From contig NC_043005.1 of assembly GCF_006345805.1 (NCBI RefSeq), positions 42,780,001-42,844,000 on the forward strand: a stretch of 64,000 nt of DNA. Direction: 5' to 3'. This DNA is from Octopus sinensis. Taxonomy: Eukaryota. Shown in pieces: positions 26,016 to 39,997 of the stretch (within the stretch, counting starts at the first letter, position 1; every line of letters begins with the position of its first letter). A program made the translations under genes and the position numbers. Under the pieces are notes generated by a model. It was given only the letters and a program-made list of their open reading frames with translations. It was not told the origin of the DNA and searched no databases.

Positions 26016-26426
26016 GATATGAGAGAGTTTCAATAGAAGGAAATAGGAGAGTTCATATTGAACTCTACTATTTGCAGAGAATTAGAGCTCGAGCAGACAA
26101 AACAATACAGAATGAACGTACGAGAAAGTAAACAAATTTAAGACATCCTCTCTTTCTATATCCATTCAAGATTTATTTCAGGCGTCACCCATCACTGTCG
26201 TCCGTTTGACCCAAAAGCCGTATTTATTCCGTCTTCGTCAATCGTTTCATATTACATTTGTTTACTTTCGTACGTCCATTCGTACTAGGCTTACAAAGAA
26301 TAATCCTGGGGTCGATTTTTTCGATTAAAGGCGATGCTCCAGCATGGCCGCAGTCAAATGACTGAAACAAATAAATGAATAAAACAAGATATATATACAT
26401 AAAACTCGCTAAGAAGGTTTAGAAAC

Positions 26427-26472
26427 CACCTGAAGAATGTCTAAGATGTGCTGACACGAAACGATCGTAGTG
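26427..26472 (+). ncRNA. Minimal type I hammerhead motif
   Basis: CAC-CTGAAGA-ATGTC...GACAC-GAAAC-GATC-GTA-GTG; first stem II pair is A-C. Confidence 0.7.
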
Positions 26473-27267
26473 ATTATTCATTTGTTAAATTTTAATTTAT
26501 ATAAATTATTTTATGTATTGGCTTAAGTCTTTCTTTGTTTGATTTGCATAATAGTGGTTTTGTCTCTAATTTATTATAATATAGTATTTTACTATAAAAT
26601 TGGATTCAATCTTAAATCTGATTTTTCCTTGTAAATTTGGATTTATTCCCTAATATTTATTATTATCTATATATATATATGATAGATCGTTAGCTCCTAC
26701 ACGAATTTTTTTCTCTCCTTGTTTATCTCCTTTTTTTCTGTGTATCTTTCTGTAGAAGAGCGTAGGTTCGAAACGTAAAAGACTTTTTCTATTCCTGAGC
26801 GCAATACTAATACATTTGTTTGTTTGTACTCCACCTGCCTTCGTCTTTTGTTTATTTTCGTGAACTTTCGCTTTATATATATATATATATATTTATATAT
26901 ATACAATGGACTCCCCCGTCGTTAAACGACCAATGATAGTTCGACAAGTTCTTACTGAACAACCATACAGATGATTTGTTTATAGTGATCAAATGTTCGT
27001 GTAGACATAAGCTCACTCCCTCCATCACATTGACATTTGTTTATGCTTTTTGCGATGGTAAAGCTTTCTGTGTACTTGCATACATGTAAATGCTTTCGCC
27101 AATAAATTGCACACTTGAAGCTGCGCTGAAACTATAGAATGATACACAATGTGTTTGTGTGTGTATGTGTATCTGTGTATACGTGTGCGCGTAGCCACAG
27201 ATCGACCAAAGCCTTGTGAGTGTATTTGGTAGAAAGAAACCGAAAGTTACCCATATATATATGTGTG

Positions 27268-27299
<32 letters not shown>

Positions 27300-27783
27300 G
27301 TGTGTGTGTGTGTGTTTATGTCTTCTGTCCATGTGTGCTCCCAATCACCACCGCTTCACAACCGGTGCGGTTGTGCTTACGCTCCTGTAAATTAATAGTT
27401 CGGCGGAAGATACAGATACAATAGGTAACAGTCCTAAAAAAAAAAAATATGTACTGGGGTCGATACATTATGCTAAAAGAATTCTTCAAGGCGGTGCCCC
27501 AGCATGGCCGCAATCTCATGACTGAAATAAGTAAGAGATAAAGAACGCGCATGCGTATGTGTGTGAGTGTGTGTGTACATGTGTATAGCCATATATATAT
27601 ATATGAACTTGTGTGTGCGCCTATACAATTATCTCACTTTTAATTCTACCCAAGTGTTTGCGTATATTTGCACACATTTTTCTACCTTGGTATAGAAATT
27701 TCCATAGCAATCAGCATAAACTTTCTAACTCTTGTATATTCTGAAAATGTCACTTTCCCAAATAAAATGCTCTTTGTATTCAA

Positions 27784-27864
27784 GGTTCTGATGAAGCTAT
27801 AGAATGTTATCCTGGTACTCAACTACGACTCCACCATATCCTACAGCAGAAACAGCTGTAAGCT
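27784..27864 (+). ncRNA. Type I hammerhead motif
   Basis: GGTT-CTGATGA-A-GCTATAG...CTACAGC-A-GAAAC-AGCT-GTA-AGCT; about 150 nt upstream of (TA)n. Confidence 0.65.
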
Positions 27865-28005
27865 AATGAAGTGCATTACATAACATTTGGTTTCTCCGGT
27901 GTCATCTCTTTGTCTTTATTACACTCCATAATCATATAACATTGTGCTTTGGACCATGCGTATATTGAGTTCTACACCAGGTTATTAGTCTCACTATGTC
28001 TAAGC

Positions 28006-28090
<85 letters not shown>

Positions 28091-28426
28091 TATATATATT
28101 ATATATATGTGTGTATATATGTATATATGTATATGTGTATGTATGTATGTATGTATATATATATATGTATCTATGTATCTATATATATGTGTTCATACGA
28201 CGATAGAGAATAGCGTTCAATACGTTGTGTTGAATTCTTTTTTCTTTTTGTCTTTTTCTTTTTGGTAACCAGTTGCTCATTTAAGAGTTCATTACTGGAA
28301 TTTTCACAGGCACATGAAACACTTATCTAATCGTTCAGATGTTAACCATAATTGGACTTACAAGGACCTATGGCGAACATCTGAACGATTAGACAATAAT
28401 AAATGTTTAAGCCAGCAATTTCTTAC

Positions 28427-28497
<71 letters not shown>

Positions 28498-28517
28498 GAG
28501 AGAGAGAGAGAGAGAGA

Positions 28518-28566
<49 letters not shown>

Positions 28567-28588
28567 GAGAGAGAGAGAGAGAGAGAAG

Positions 28589-28625
<37 letters not shown>

Positions 28626-28862
28626 GATAGGTATGCATATATATGTACGTGCACACACATGCATATATGTCTAAATGTATATATGTGTGTGTGAGAAAGA
28701 GAGAGAAAGAGTGTGTGTGTGTGTGTGTGTGTATTTATGCATATGTTTACGTATCTCTCACACCTACTTATATATATGTGTGTGTGCGTGTGTGTACACG
28801 TGCATTAGGCAATTAAATAGCTATAAACCACGCTACGACGAATCAGTGTACAGCTGGAACTA

Positions 28863-28920
<58 letters not shown>

Positions 28921-29382
28921 CCTCTCTTAACACTATGCTCCAAACATAACTTTAATCTTGATTCACCACTCATGTTTTTATTAAAATGTCTCATTGCTCT
29001 TAAAAAGTTATATTAGGAATTGTAAACGAGGTAACTGAATGCAGTATTCACATATGCCAATGGAGGAAAAGATAAGTTGAATATTAATTGATCTCTTCCG
29101 ATAATTTTGAGAAGAATATCTAAACAAATGGTGAAATAATTTAGAGTATGCTACAGTAGCATTGTTTCCTCAATCGATTACGACAAATATAGATGTCATA
29201 GGAACGATTAATATTATTCGTCTATTTTATTTCTGCTGCACTGCAGGGGAACGGGCAGATTTATAGTTTATTAATATCTTTGGTATTTCCTTGGTACCGC
29301 AATCAATTTCCAGTACAATCGAATTAAGTTAGATATAAAATAAGCATCTGAAAAATGTTCCTGAACTTACAACCATCAACAG

Positions 29383-29729
29383 CAGGGCTTCTTAGCCATT
29401 TTTTTAATCTACGGACCCCTGCGATTACTATTTTATTCTGGTGGTCTTCTATAGCCATTCAATCTTTAAAAAACTAGTTTTATAGAATCTCCTTTCAAAA
29501 TTCTTATTTTGTTTTTCGCACATTAACTTGTGTAAGTTGAACTATGTAAAACGTTAGAGAGGGAAACCTGTTTCTTGTAATACATACCAATACATATATC
29601 TAAAGCAAACTGTTTTAGGGGCCCTAAGAATACTACTTTGGATCCCCAATTTACTATTTTGTAGCGTAAAGCCCAAAAAACCTTATATGGTCCCTCTGGC
29701 GCCATATGGACCCTGGATGAGAACTACTG
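29383..29729. mobile_element. hAT-like MITE
   Basis: Termini cagggcttctta / gagaactactg; inverted homologue at 30409-30763. Confidence 0.6.
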
Positions 29730-30408
29730 ATTCTATATCGTTAACAGTCAATTGATTCGACCCTAAAATATTTTTTCTTAATATTTTCACACAGCCGATG
29801 AGAGGATTCGAACTCTGGACTGTAAAACTACAAAAGTAACCAACAGCACAGCTATTCAAATTTCATATTTCAAACTAAAAAAATTAGTCTTACTACATAT
29901 TTAACTAATAACCTTACATCTGCTAAGTTAAATCAATGAAATATTTCAGCCAATCAGGAAGAGTTTGCAAGGTCACCCTAGATATCAAAAATAGGAGCCA
30001 AATTTGCCTCAAATTTCTCTACCGTTTTATGGGAAAAAAAGACAGTGGATAATACAATTTTGAAAGACAGTATGGTCCTAATTGAAACACCTTTTATCTT
30101 ATATCAGCTTCTCCAGTGCAGAACTGTTGTTAAGTAAATCACTACAACATATTTCAAGGTACCATACACTAAAGCGTATTAGCAAGTTCGCCATGTTTGA
30201 TTTTGACACCTACTTCAATATTTGTACAATCAGATTAGTACTGTCGATCGATATCACCTACTCAATAAACGACAAACAATAACAAACAGTTACAGATAAT
30301 TCGGATTATTCAGGACATTCAAATTTATCAAAAAGATGAGCCGCTTCCATTTTAAAGTCAAGCTTTATAAACAAAATAGCTTCAGGTTTTACCCTTTTAA
30401 AGGGAAAA

Positions 30409-30763
30409 ACAGTGGCTCTCAAATGGTGTCCATATGGGCCCTGTGGATCAATATCAAATTTTTAGGGGGTCTACATAACAAAATAGTAAATTGTGGGTCC
30501 ATAATAGTATTGTAAGAACCCTTGAAACAATTTTGCTCTAGATTTATGTATTGGTTTGTATTGCAAAAAACAGCTTTCTTTCTCTTGACATTTTGCATAG
30601 TTCAATCTACACAATTAACGTGTGAAAAACGAAACAGGAATTTTGAAAGAAGTTTCTGTAAAACTAGTTTTTAGGCATCAAACGGTTGGGGTGGTGGGTT
30701 CCACCAGAATAAAATAGAAATCAAACATGTTCATAGATAAAACAAAATTGTTAAGAACCCCTG
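30409..30763. mobile_element. hAT-like MITE (inverted relative to the 29383 copy)
   Basis: Termini cagtggctctcaa / ttaagaacccctg; shares internal blocks. Confidence 0.6.
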
Positions 30764-30894
30764 ATCTAAAACGTTTGTTGTAGAACTAAATTCCAGTATA
30801 CAAGTGCATTGCAGTTCTAAAAGAAATCTTCATGCGATTCCTTAAACCTATTACTTTCTTCACTCATCTGACTACAGCCATGATGGAACACCGC

Positions 30895-31294
30895 CTTACT
30901 CTTTTACTTCTTTCAGTCATTTGACTGCGGCCATGCTGGAGCATCGCATTTAGTCGAGCAAATCGATCCCAGGACTTATTCTTTGTAAGCCTAGTACTTA
31001 TTCTATCGGTCTCTTTTGCCGAACTGCCAAGTTACGCTGACGTAAACACACCAGCATCGGTTGTCAAGCGATGCTTGGGGGGGGGGGGCAAACACAGACA
31101 CACAAACATATACACACACATACATACATACATATATATATATATATATCACGTGATCACGTGACCGACCAGAGCATCAGATGTTGTTACACATCGCTGG
31201 TCACAATGCGTTCGCATTGTTTTTAGCCTTTGAATGACGCCACCCCGCTGGCTAAGCAAGCAGGCCAACATATACATATATATATATATATATA

Positions 31295-31345
<51 letters not shown>

Positions 31346-31693
31346 TATATATATACATATATATACATATATACGACGGGCTTGTTTTAGTTTCCATCTA
31401 CCAAATCCACTCCCAAGGCTTTAGTCGGACCGAGGCTATTGTAGAAGACACTTGCCCTAGGTGCCACGCAGTGGGACTGAACCCAGAACTATGTGGTTGG
31501 TAAGCAAGCTACTTACCACACAGCCACTCCTAAAAATTTTAGTCGAATGAATCGATCCTAGTACATTTTAAAGCCTGGTGCTTATTCTATCCCACACTTT
31601 GCTCGAACCGCTAAGTAACTGGTACGTAAATACACCAACACCGTTTGTCGAGGGTGGTGGGTGACAAACCCTGACACAAGCGCACGCACTCGC

Positions 31694-31724
<31 letters not shown>

Positions 31725-31880
31725 TATGACAGGTTTCTTTCACTTTCCATCTACGAAATCCACTCGTAATACTTTGGTCGATCAGATGTTACAGTGAAAG
31801 ATACTTGCCGAAGCTGCTATGCAGTGAGACTGAACCCGGAACCGTGTGGTTGGGAAACAAACTTCTTACCACACAGCCAC
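30895..31880 (-). mobile_element. Two family B SINEs; the first carries a nested family D tail (31149-31270)
   Basis: Consensus blocks on the minus strand, split by microsatellites. Confidence 0.75.
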
Positions 31881-32353
31881 AACTAATCTAGAAATAACCA
31901 TATGGACATTTCTATTTATTGCGTTAACTATTAGCTTGCATCGATTTAATTCTGTAAGAGTGAGTGTCCAATGTTATCTTCAACTCCATGCTCAGCGTCT
32001 GGTTATATTCATGAATGCAGCTGAGAAAGTTTAACATAATCCTTAACGAATGACAAATTTACTTTCTTCGTGCGGCTCAAATATCGTATTTACCAAAATA
32101 CTAAATAAGCTGGTTAGAGAGAACCTAAAGGCACAAAGATAAACATATTCGATGTAAATTATATTGGTTTCAGTCGAGGATGATGCCATCCTGCAGATTA
32201 TACATATCTGACGATCAAAATTTAATCTTTGAAGCTAAAACGGAATGGCAACTTCCCCAAGTGAAGATTATTAATGTTTGCCTTGTTTAAGCTAAGGTAC
32301 TTAAATGTTACCAGTCTTTCATAGAAAGTCCAAAAATATGTTCAACTACCTTT

Positions 32354-32780
32354 GGATTTTTTCGGTTTGAACGGCAGTTTTTAACATAATTTCTAGGAAG
32401 CTAAACACTTTTAAATTTCGTATACTGGCAGAATGTGTTTATAAAACATCTTTTTCTCTTGGCTTTATTGAGAAAATTCTGTAGTTTGTAACATATTTGT
32501 TGGTTTTTGTTCTTCAATTTCTGCAATTTCAACCAATCAGTGACGTCTATTGAGGTTTAAATCATTCTGTGCCGTATGAATATGTCCCTCGTTTAAGAAA
32601 CAGATTGGGTTTATTTACATTTCTGAAGAAAAAAAGATATCCTTTCCCCACCCCTAACCCTAACTAACCCTAACTCTAAAACAGATTGAAATGCAATAGA
32701 TCGATACTAGGGTCATAGTTATGGGTGACAATTTCATATGACACCGCTAGAAAAGACTGCCGTTCAAACCGAAAAGATCC
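32354..32780. mobile_element. MITE with GG-starting TIRs and a probable 8-bp TSD (Merlin-like)
   Basis: TIR ggattttttcggtttgaacggcagt / actgccgttcaaaccgaaaagatcc; flanks ctaccttt / ctactttt. Confidence 0.65.
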
Positions 32781-35700
32781 CTACTTTTTGTAGGCATGTC
32801 TAGAAAATATGCTGTTATGGCTGGTTAAGAATTTTGTTTTGCAATCATGTAGTTTTGGCTTCAATCCTACTGCGTGGCATTTTGGATAAGTGTGTGTTCT
32901 ATTATAGTTTCAAGCGGCCGAGCAATGCCATGTTTAGCGGATTTGGTTGACAGAAAATGTGTAGAAGCCTGTCACACTTCTGTGTGTCCATGTGCTTGTG
33001 CATGTCACTCCATAGCTTGACAATCATTGTTGCTTTCTTTTAGCTCCCACAACCTAGCAGTTTGACAAAAGGAGCGATATAATAAGATAAGTACCAGACT
33101 TATTCAAGTTTTTGCAGTATTTGTAAATTTGAAATGATTTCACAAAATAGGAAGTAATAGAAAAAAGTAAAAATCACTTCCAAAAATCTGGACGGCTGAA
33201 GCAAGCAAAAATGTGGACGGCTGATAGTAGCCTAAACGGCATTGACATATTCAAGAATTTGCTAATGAGCTTTCGAGCCCAACAAATTAAGGTCTAGATT
33301 ACAAATCTTTATATTGGGTAATACAGTCTTAGATGTAGTACATATAAAGTGAAATATGGTATAGTAGAGGTTGAAATGTCCTTGACCATTGAGTTATTCG
33401 ATCCTAATTTTGAGTAAATACTGCTTAAAATAATAGTCAAATCTCCCTCGAATCATACAATACTGGCATTAAAAAAACACACAAAAAATTATATATTGGG
33501 TAATATGAAGCAAAATTCGATGGTCACAGCTGGAATTTCTTGTATCCGCACCATCGGAGCTGAGATAATTACATCAGTAGAGTACACCCAGGGTACTTAA
33601 CCGATCCATCCGCCATAGCTTCTTTGTATTTACAAAAAAATTCAAGGAAGAAAAGGCAAACGGGCTGTAAAATGTGTAATGTGTAGAACTGAAAAGAATA
33701 TAAGAAGCAGTTTTAAGGGGGATATATGTCTAAAAGAAGATAATAAATATTAAACGAAAGAGAGAAGAGGGATATCCATGTTTGTGTGTTTGTTTGTTAG
33801 TGTGTATGTCTACGTCAATGTTGGTGTGTATCTATCTATGTATGTGTGAGAGTGTACGTGTGCTTTGTGATGGCGTCTTACTACTGATAATAATGGTTTT
33901 TCATCGAAAGTGAAAATAATGAATAATAAAGTAGTCTGTTCCGAAAAAAAAAAGAGAGAGAGAAAGAAAGAAAAAAAAAGAAAGGAAAATCTTTGGAAAT
34001 AACTGAACGAAATTATTGCAAAGGGGAAATTTACTGATAACCAATGGAAATGAAAGGACATTGCAGACCCTGTAGGGAGAAGATAAAATAAATTACAGCT
34101 GTAACGTGGATAATAAAGACAAACAGAGAAGAGATATTTAGGCAAGCTTGGAAAACATCGCAACATTGAAGAATTGTCTCCAGGTAGAGATAAAATTTGA
34201 ACTTCAACGAAGAGAAAGTGAGAAGTTGGAAAAAGAAAGCACTAAAGGGAAAGATAACAAAAGTGAAGACATAACCAGGGTGGTTTATCGCTATAATAGG
34301 AAATCGAGAAAATATCTAGAATGGTGTTTCTGGTGAAGAGAGAACAACACTAAGGAAAGAAGTAAATGTTTTTAAAACGAAGCCATGCTAAATAAATTAA
34401 TTCTAAATGTAAAATACCAATAAATCCTGTAGCTTTAGATTCTCAGAAATTGCTTTGAGAACTTTTGGAGTACAAAGGATAGGTAAATCTCCAAAAGATG
34501 TTTGAAATGAAATAAGACATATCTTCGAGAGTTGTTTTATGGCGTTCGCTAAGCAATAGAATTACTATTCTCGAATGCTCCGTCATAACCGCTATCCACT
34601 ACGGTTATCAATATACGTGGATAAATCTCTTCAGATTTCATGTCTAAAAGCAATGTTCTCCAAATAAAAACGCGTCTTTGATGAGACGGTAGATATTAGT
34701 ATTATATCTTATATCTTAACATTGTAGATTTAAGCGACAGTCCCATGCTAAGGTACCAGAACATTCCAGCTTAGGTTTCAATAAGCTCAGGTATCCTCTT
34801 CTTCCTAGCAGCTACGAGCTAAGTCATCATCACATAGATTCAATTCTAATTACTTTATTTTATGGAGTTGTGTATAGACACCTCCACAATATACATCTAC
34901 GAGAACGAATCACCTAGGGAACCGCAACGTGATGTTCGATTTTCTAGAAACAGCAGCCAAGTCTCACCTTAACGTTTTCAATACTAAAACGATACACTGG
35001 ATAATGTAGCTCTCAACATATCCTTAAAACGGTAGGGTGGTCACAGCTGGAAGGTTTTTAACCATAGTTTTCCCCAGTTAGGAATAAGCAATAAGAAAAA
35101 CGACAACCGCAGATTTGTTAGCTTGAACTAATATCTTTTACTGATTCTGGAAAAGGAAAAAACTAATCCATTACACTGTGTAACAATTTTTTTGTCTTTG
35201 GTGGTTAGTGAGTGTTATTTCCTATTTGCATCTACCTAGAAATCAAGGGAAATAACTACTTATTCTCTTCAAACTCTGCTTTTGTAACTTGGACATCAAT
35301 GTTTTGAAACTTACCTATTTTCCATTACATTTCAGACAGGTTCAACGCTGTCTAACGATATTCAAAATATCGTTATAACAAATATTCTGCTCAGTACTAC
35401 AGATTTGCTTGTTAGTTGCTTGATCATAACTAGCTCAGTGTCTGACAATATGCGCATCCCTGATCATGAGCAAGAGTAGTGGAAGAACATCATAGTCGTG
35501 TTTTCAGAGGGATTCTATGGGGTTTGGATAAGTGTAACAAAAGCAAAATTTGAAGGAAATATTAGCCATTCCTCATATATTCTTGGGGTAAGCAAGTAAG
35601 AAATAACAGTTATTACCCAAGGACAAAAGTCGTATTACGGTGTTATGTTCTTTGTTGATGAAATCTTTATTTTCTTTACTGTTCCCCTAATTTCTTGAGA

Positions 35701-36699
35701 CATCACAGCGCTTTTGGATAATAAGTTGAATAAATAGACATACTTATTTAAAAAAAAAAACAACATAAATGTAAGTTTAGCTACACTTTATAAAGTAGAC
35801 AAAGTTATTATACCACCAGCGAGCTGAATCTCCTATAGATTTGGTCTGAAAGGCACCAGTGAAAAGTACAAGGGATCCACCTGACAGCCACCCTACCTGC
35901 TACAAACGGCAACCATATTTCCTTAAATTCCACGCTACAACCATTAAAAGCTAGATAGGACAGACTTGACAATATAAACCTAAAGAAGTTGGAAATATCA
36001 CGACTTGACCGAGCAGAAATAATGTAGGGGCAAAGTAACCACACGAAATCATTTTTTTCTTTTTTTAAAGTATATCTAGGGCATGTTAGCCAGGTTGATC
36101 CCACGTCAAACGCTAAACCAATACAAGTTAGTTATACTAAGTCCTATGTATGCCTACGAATCATTTGTCACTTACTGGTGTAAGATACTGCGGACTAACA
36201 GGACCTGTGTGCCTCTACGCGAACTGAAACATTTGAAATTTATAGCTCTTAGCTCCAGAAACATTGTAGTTCTGTTTGCGAAACACATGTTGATCTTGTT
36301 GACCTCGTTGACCTTGTCGATCTTTACATTTTGTAAAGTTGATCTTGTCAACTATCTGGAAACTTGCCTAAATTTATTGATTACTAAATAATTATGACGG
36401 GTCTTTGTTAATTAAGAATGAGATGACGTTAGCTAGGAAATAGTTGTAGGAATAAAAAGAAAACACTTGCACCTTTATAACTGTCTGAATTAGTCTGTGT
36501 ATCTAATATTCTTTCGTAGTTTATTTTTGGTTAATTTTTTTTCATCAACTGTCATAATAAACAATTTTAAAATATTCTTTCAGTTAAACTATTTTCAGGG
36601 TTATTAAACATTAATATCCTTTTAGTTTTTATAATTCGTTATTTCATGTAAGAATTCGTTTCATTATTTGCAGAGCTTCTAGGAACGGAGAAAAATCCT

Positions 36700-37880
36700 C
36701 TAGTTGTTTGTTCTGACTCTCTTCGGTCGGTACTCCATCCTTTTGGGGAACGCTGGATAGAGTGCCTTGTGATATGTGGTATTTGTTCTGATTCTTCCTG
36801 TTCTAAGATCAAATATCACTGTGGCCGACTTGGCGGGTAGACTTAATACATCAGCCATTTTAATACCAATATCTGGCACTTGAGTGACTTTAACGGTTCG
36901 GTTGAAATTAGTCTCCGGTTTGAAAATACTTTTCTCTCATCCTCTCATCACTCTCAGATGCTCTATAAGGGGTATTGAGTACTACTCGCCGTGATGACTA
37001 AAAGATTAGTTATATCTTCCTGATCAAAACATCGAACAACCAGAACTTGCCAGTCATCTCTGTCAAGTGCCTATTTCCAAGTTGCAAGCCAGTTCTCGCC
37101 ATCACTCATGAGATCTTTTACTATTGCTAGTAATTTCTTCTTCGGGTATCCTTTCTTTCTGGAACCTGAAGTGACTACTGGAGACACAAGTATGGTGGTA
37201 TGGAGAGATCTATCCAAATGACTTCATACTCTCCTGCTGGCCACCAGTCGACTTAGTGTGCATGAGAACCATTATCTCATTAGTACTTCCGGGTTGGTGA
37301 TACACTATATATACCAAATATGGTGCATCTTATGCAAGCCGGAAGATGTTAAATTTCATCTCCAGAGTCTTAGTTAGAGGCCACGACCCACAGCCATGAA
37401 GACGATCAGAATAAATGGTGTATCAAAACAGCTGGATTATGATCTTTATACTGATGTTGTGAGCTCCCCAAATTCTTCTTAATTTGAGAAAGGAACTGTT
37501 AACGTTACCACTCCTGATGTTAACCTCTTCCTCCACATCTCCATTACGAGATGTTAACTGCCAGGGTACGTGAAAACTTCGTATTCTTCCAAATGTTGAG
37601 CTTCTACATAGGTCACGTTCTTAACTGACCATTGCCTCTCCTCATATTACTTGAATATTTTCAACGCTAATGTTCAGGCCTACATTTTTCATGATATTTT
37701 GTAAGCTGTTTCTCATTTCTTGCATCTCCGGTTCTTCAGCAATCAATACCAGAGCATCTATAAAGTTCAGATCCATTATTTTGTTGCCATCTGTCCACAA
37801 GAGTCTATTATGATAGTCTAATGATTTCAGAATAACAGTATCAACAAAAGCAGAAACATGAAGGATGAGAATATACAACC
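36700..37880 (-). mobile_element. Decayed RTE-clade LINE 3' portion
   Basis: DLNFIDALVLIAEEPEMQEMRNSLQNIMKNVGLNIS followed by degenerate C-terminal frames. Confidence 0.7.
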
Positions 37881-37944
37881 CTACTAGTTTGACTGCTTTG
37901 AAAAAAATTCAGTCTCACCTGTATTTGTTTTTCTCTTATTTTTT

Positions 37945-38257
37945 TTTACCTGTTTCACTCATTTCACTGAGGCAATGTTGGAGCACCGCCTTGAAAGGTT
38001 TTTAGTCGAAAAAAATCGACCTTACGACCTATTTTTTAAACCTAGTGATTATTCTATTGGTTTCTTTTGCCGAACTGCTAGTTTACGGGGACGTAAATAC
38101 ACCAACACCGGTTGTTAAGCGGTGATGGAGGATAAACACAGACACAAAGACACTCACACACACACACACACATATATCGCGTTTCTCTCAGTTTCCGTCT
38201 ACAAAAATACACTCACAAGGCTTTGGTCGGCTCGAAGCTATGGTAGAAGACACTTGC

Positions 38258-38260
<3 letters not shown>
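37945..38260 (-). mobile_element. Family B SINE (partial)
   Basis: Consensus blocks. Confidence 0.7.
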
Positions 38261-38291
<31 letters not shown>

Positions 38292-39159
38292 TAAACACCG
38301 CAATGTGTAGGTAGAATACCTTGGATCTGAAAAAAACTTCAAAGCAAAACTGACCACTAGAAGCTTCTACATCATTATGGTAATGCGTCACAAAATTTGT
38401 CGCCATTTTCTGAACGACAAAGAAAACAAAAAGAACGTGTACTTACTAAAACACAATCACATATACATGCACACATATGAGACTGAGAGTTGTATCAAAC
38501 ACACACACACACACGAAAGACGACACATGTACATTCAAAAGACACATAATGTGAAATATACACATGCACACCTGCACACGCACACAACAAACAAATACAG
38601 CGTTATATTGATCGGGCGTGCGCACAAACGAGCACGCAGGAACTCAAACATGATGAATAAGGAAGACACATGCATAATATATAGTATTTTGTAAATGAAT
38701 ATCTCGATGCATAAATGTACAACGGTGAACAGATATTGAGAATCATATTTCGTGTCTAATAATCGCTGTTTTAAGTATGTATTATTTCGTTCATCTCAGA
38801 AGAAAAAAAACATTTGCTTCGCAGAAAAGCATTTCAGTTTCCCTGAAATGCGAAATTTTATTTATTGTAGTATAGTGGTACTTCGTATGATTTGGTAATG
38901 TCTGAATTTGATTCATTAAACTTCTATTCCATTTCTTTAAATTATAGGGAGTGAGGGTGGAGAGAGACAGGGGAATGTTGAGGAAGAGTGTGTGTCTGTG
39001 TCTGTGAGAGAGAGAGGGAGAGAGAGAGAGAAAATAATTACTGCTAACTAGGCATGTATATTGTGTATTAGTGCGAGTATATTTGTGGTTGTATGAGTAT
39101 TCATAGACACTTGCCCGTGTGCATCTACACAGTATTGAATGAAGAATATAGACAAAGAT

Positions 39160-39161
39160 GT

Positions 39162-39234
<73 letters not shown>

Positions 39235-39249
39235 GAGATAGATAAATAA

Positions 39250-39298
<49 letters not shown>

Positions 39299-39305
39299 TA
39301 AATAA

Positions 39306-39347
<42 letters not shown>

Positions 39348-39368
39348 GGATGGATGGATGGATGGATG

Positions 39369-39433
<65 letters not shown>

Positions 39434-39500
39434 CAGGCAGACAGACAGACAGACAGACAGGTAGGTAGGTAGGTAGGTAGGTAGGTAGGTAGGTAGGTAG
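39160..39500. repeat. Compound tetranucleotide microsatellite (GATA/GATG/GACA/GGTA); similar tracts at 12285-12370, 23240-23345, 23470-23620
   Basis: Direct reading. Confidence 0.95.
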
Positions 39501-39727
39501 AGAGAGAGGGGGTGAAACAGGACGATTGGCAGACAAAATTCCTAGAGAATAACATCGAATGTCATATGCATCACAAAGCGCCGTCTTAAAGTATGACTAT
39601 CTTGGGTACGTAACCATGAGACCCAAAGGTATAAGGGACTATTGCAAATCATCATCTTGTTATCAGTATATAAATGATGTAGGGCCCATTGCATTACTAT
39701 TACGACGGCACGGAGTTTGTATCTACA

Positions 39728-39907
39728 GTTCGTTGTCCATACGTAGGCACAGGTTTGACTGTGTGGTAAGAAGCTTGCTTCCCAGCCCATTGGTTCCGCG
39801 TTCAGTCCCACAGCGTGACACCTTCGGCACATGTCTTCTACTGTAGCCTCAGGCCAACCAAAGCCTTGTGAGTGGATTTTGTATAGGGAAACTAACAGAA
39901 GCCCGTC

Positions 39908-39997
<90 letters not shown>

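Noticed and set aside
29785-29830. CCGATGAG followed by a short stem
   Set aside because: No GAAA or stem III
32650-32675. CCCTAA repeats as a telomere or interstitial telomeric site
   Set aside because: Only about 3 imperfect units, inside a MITE
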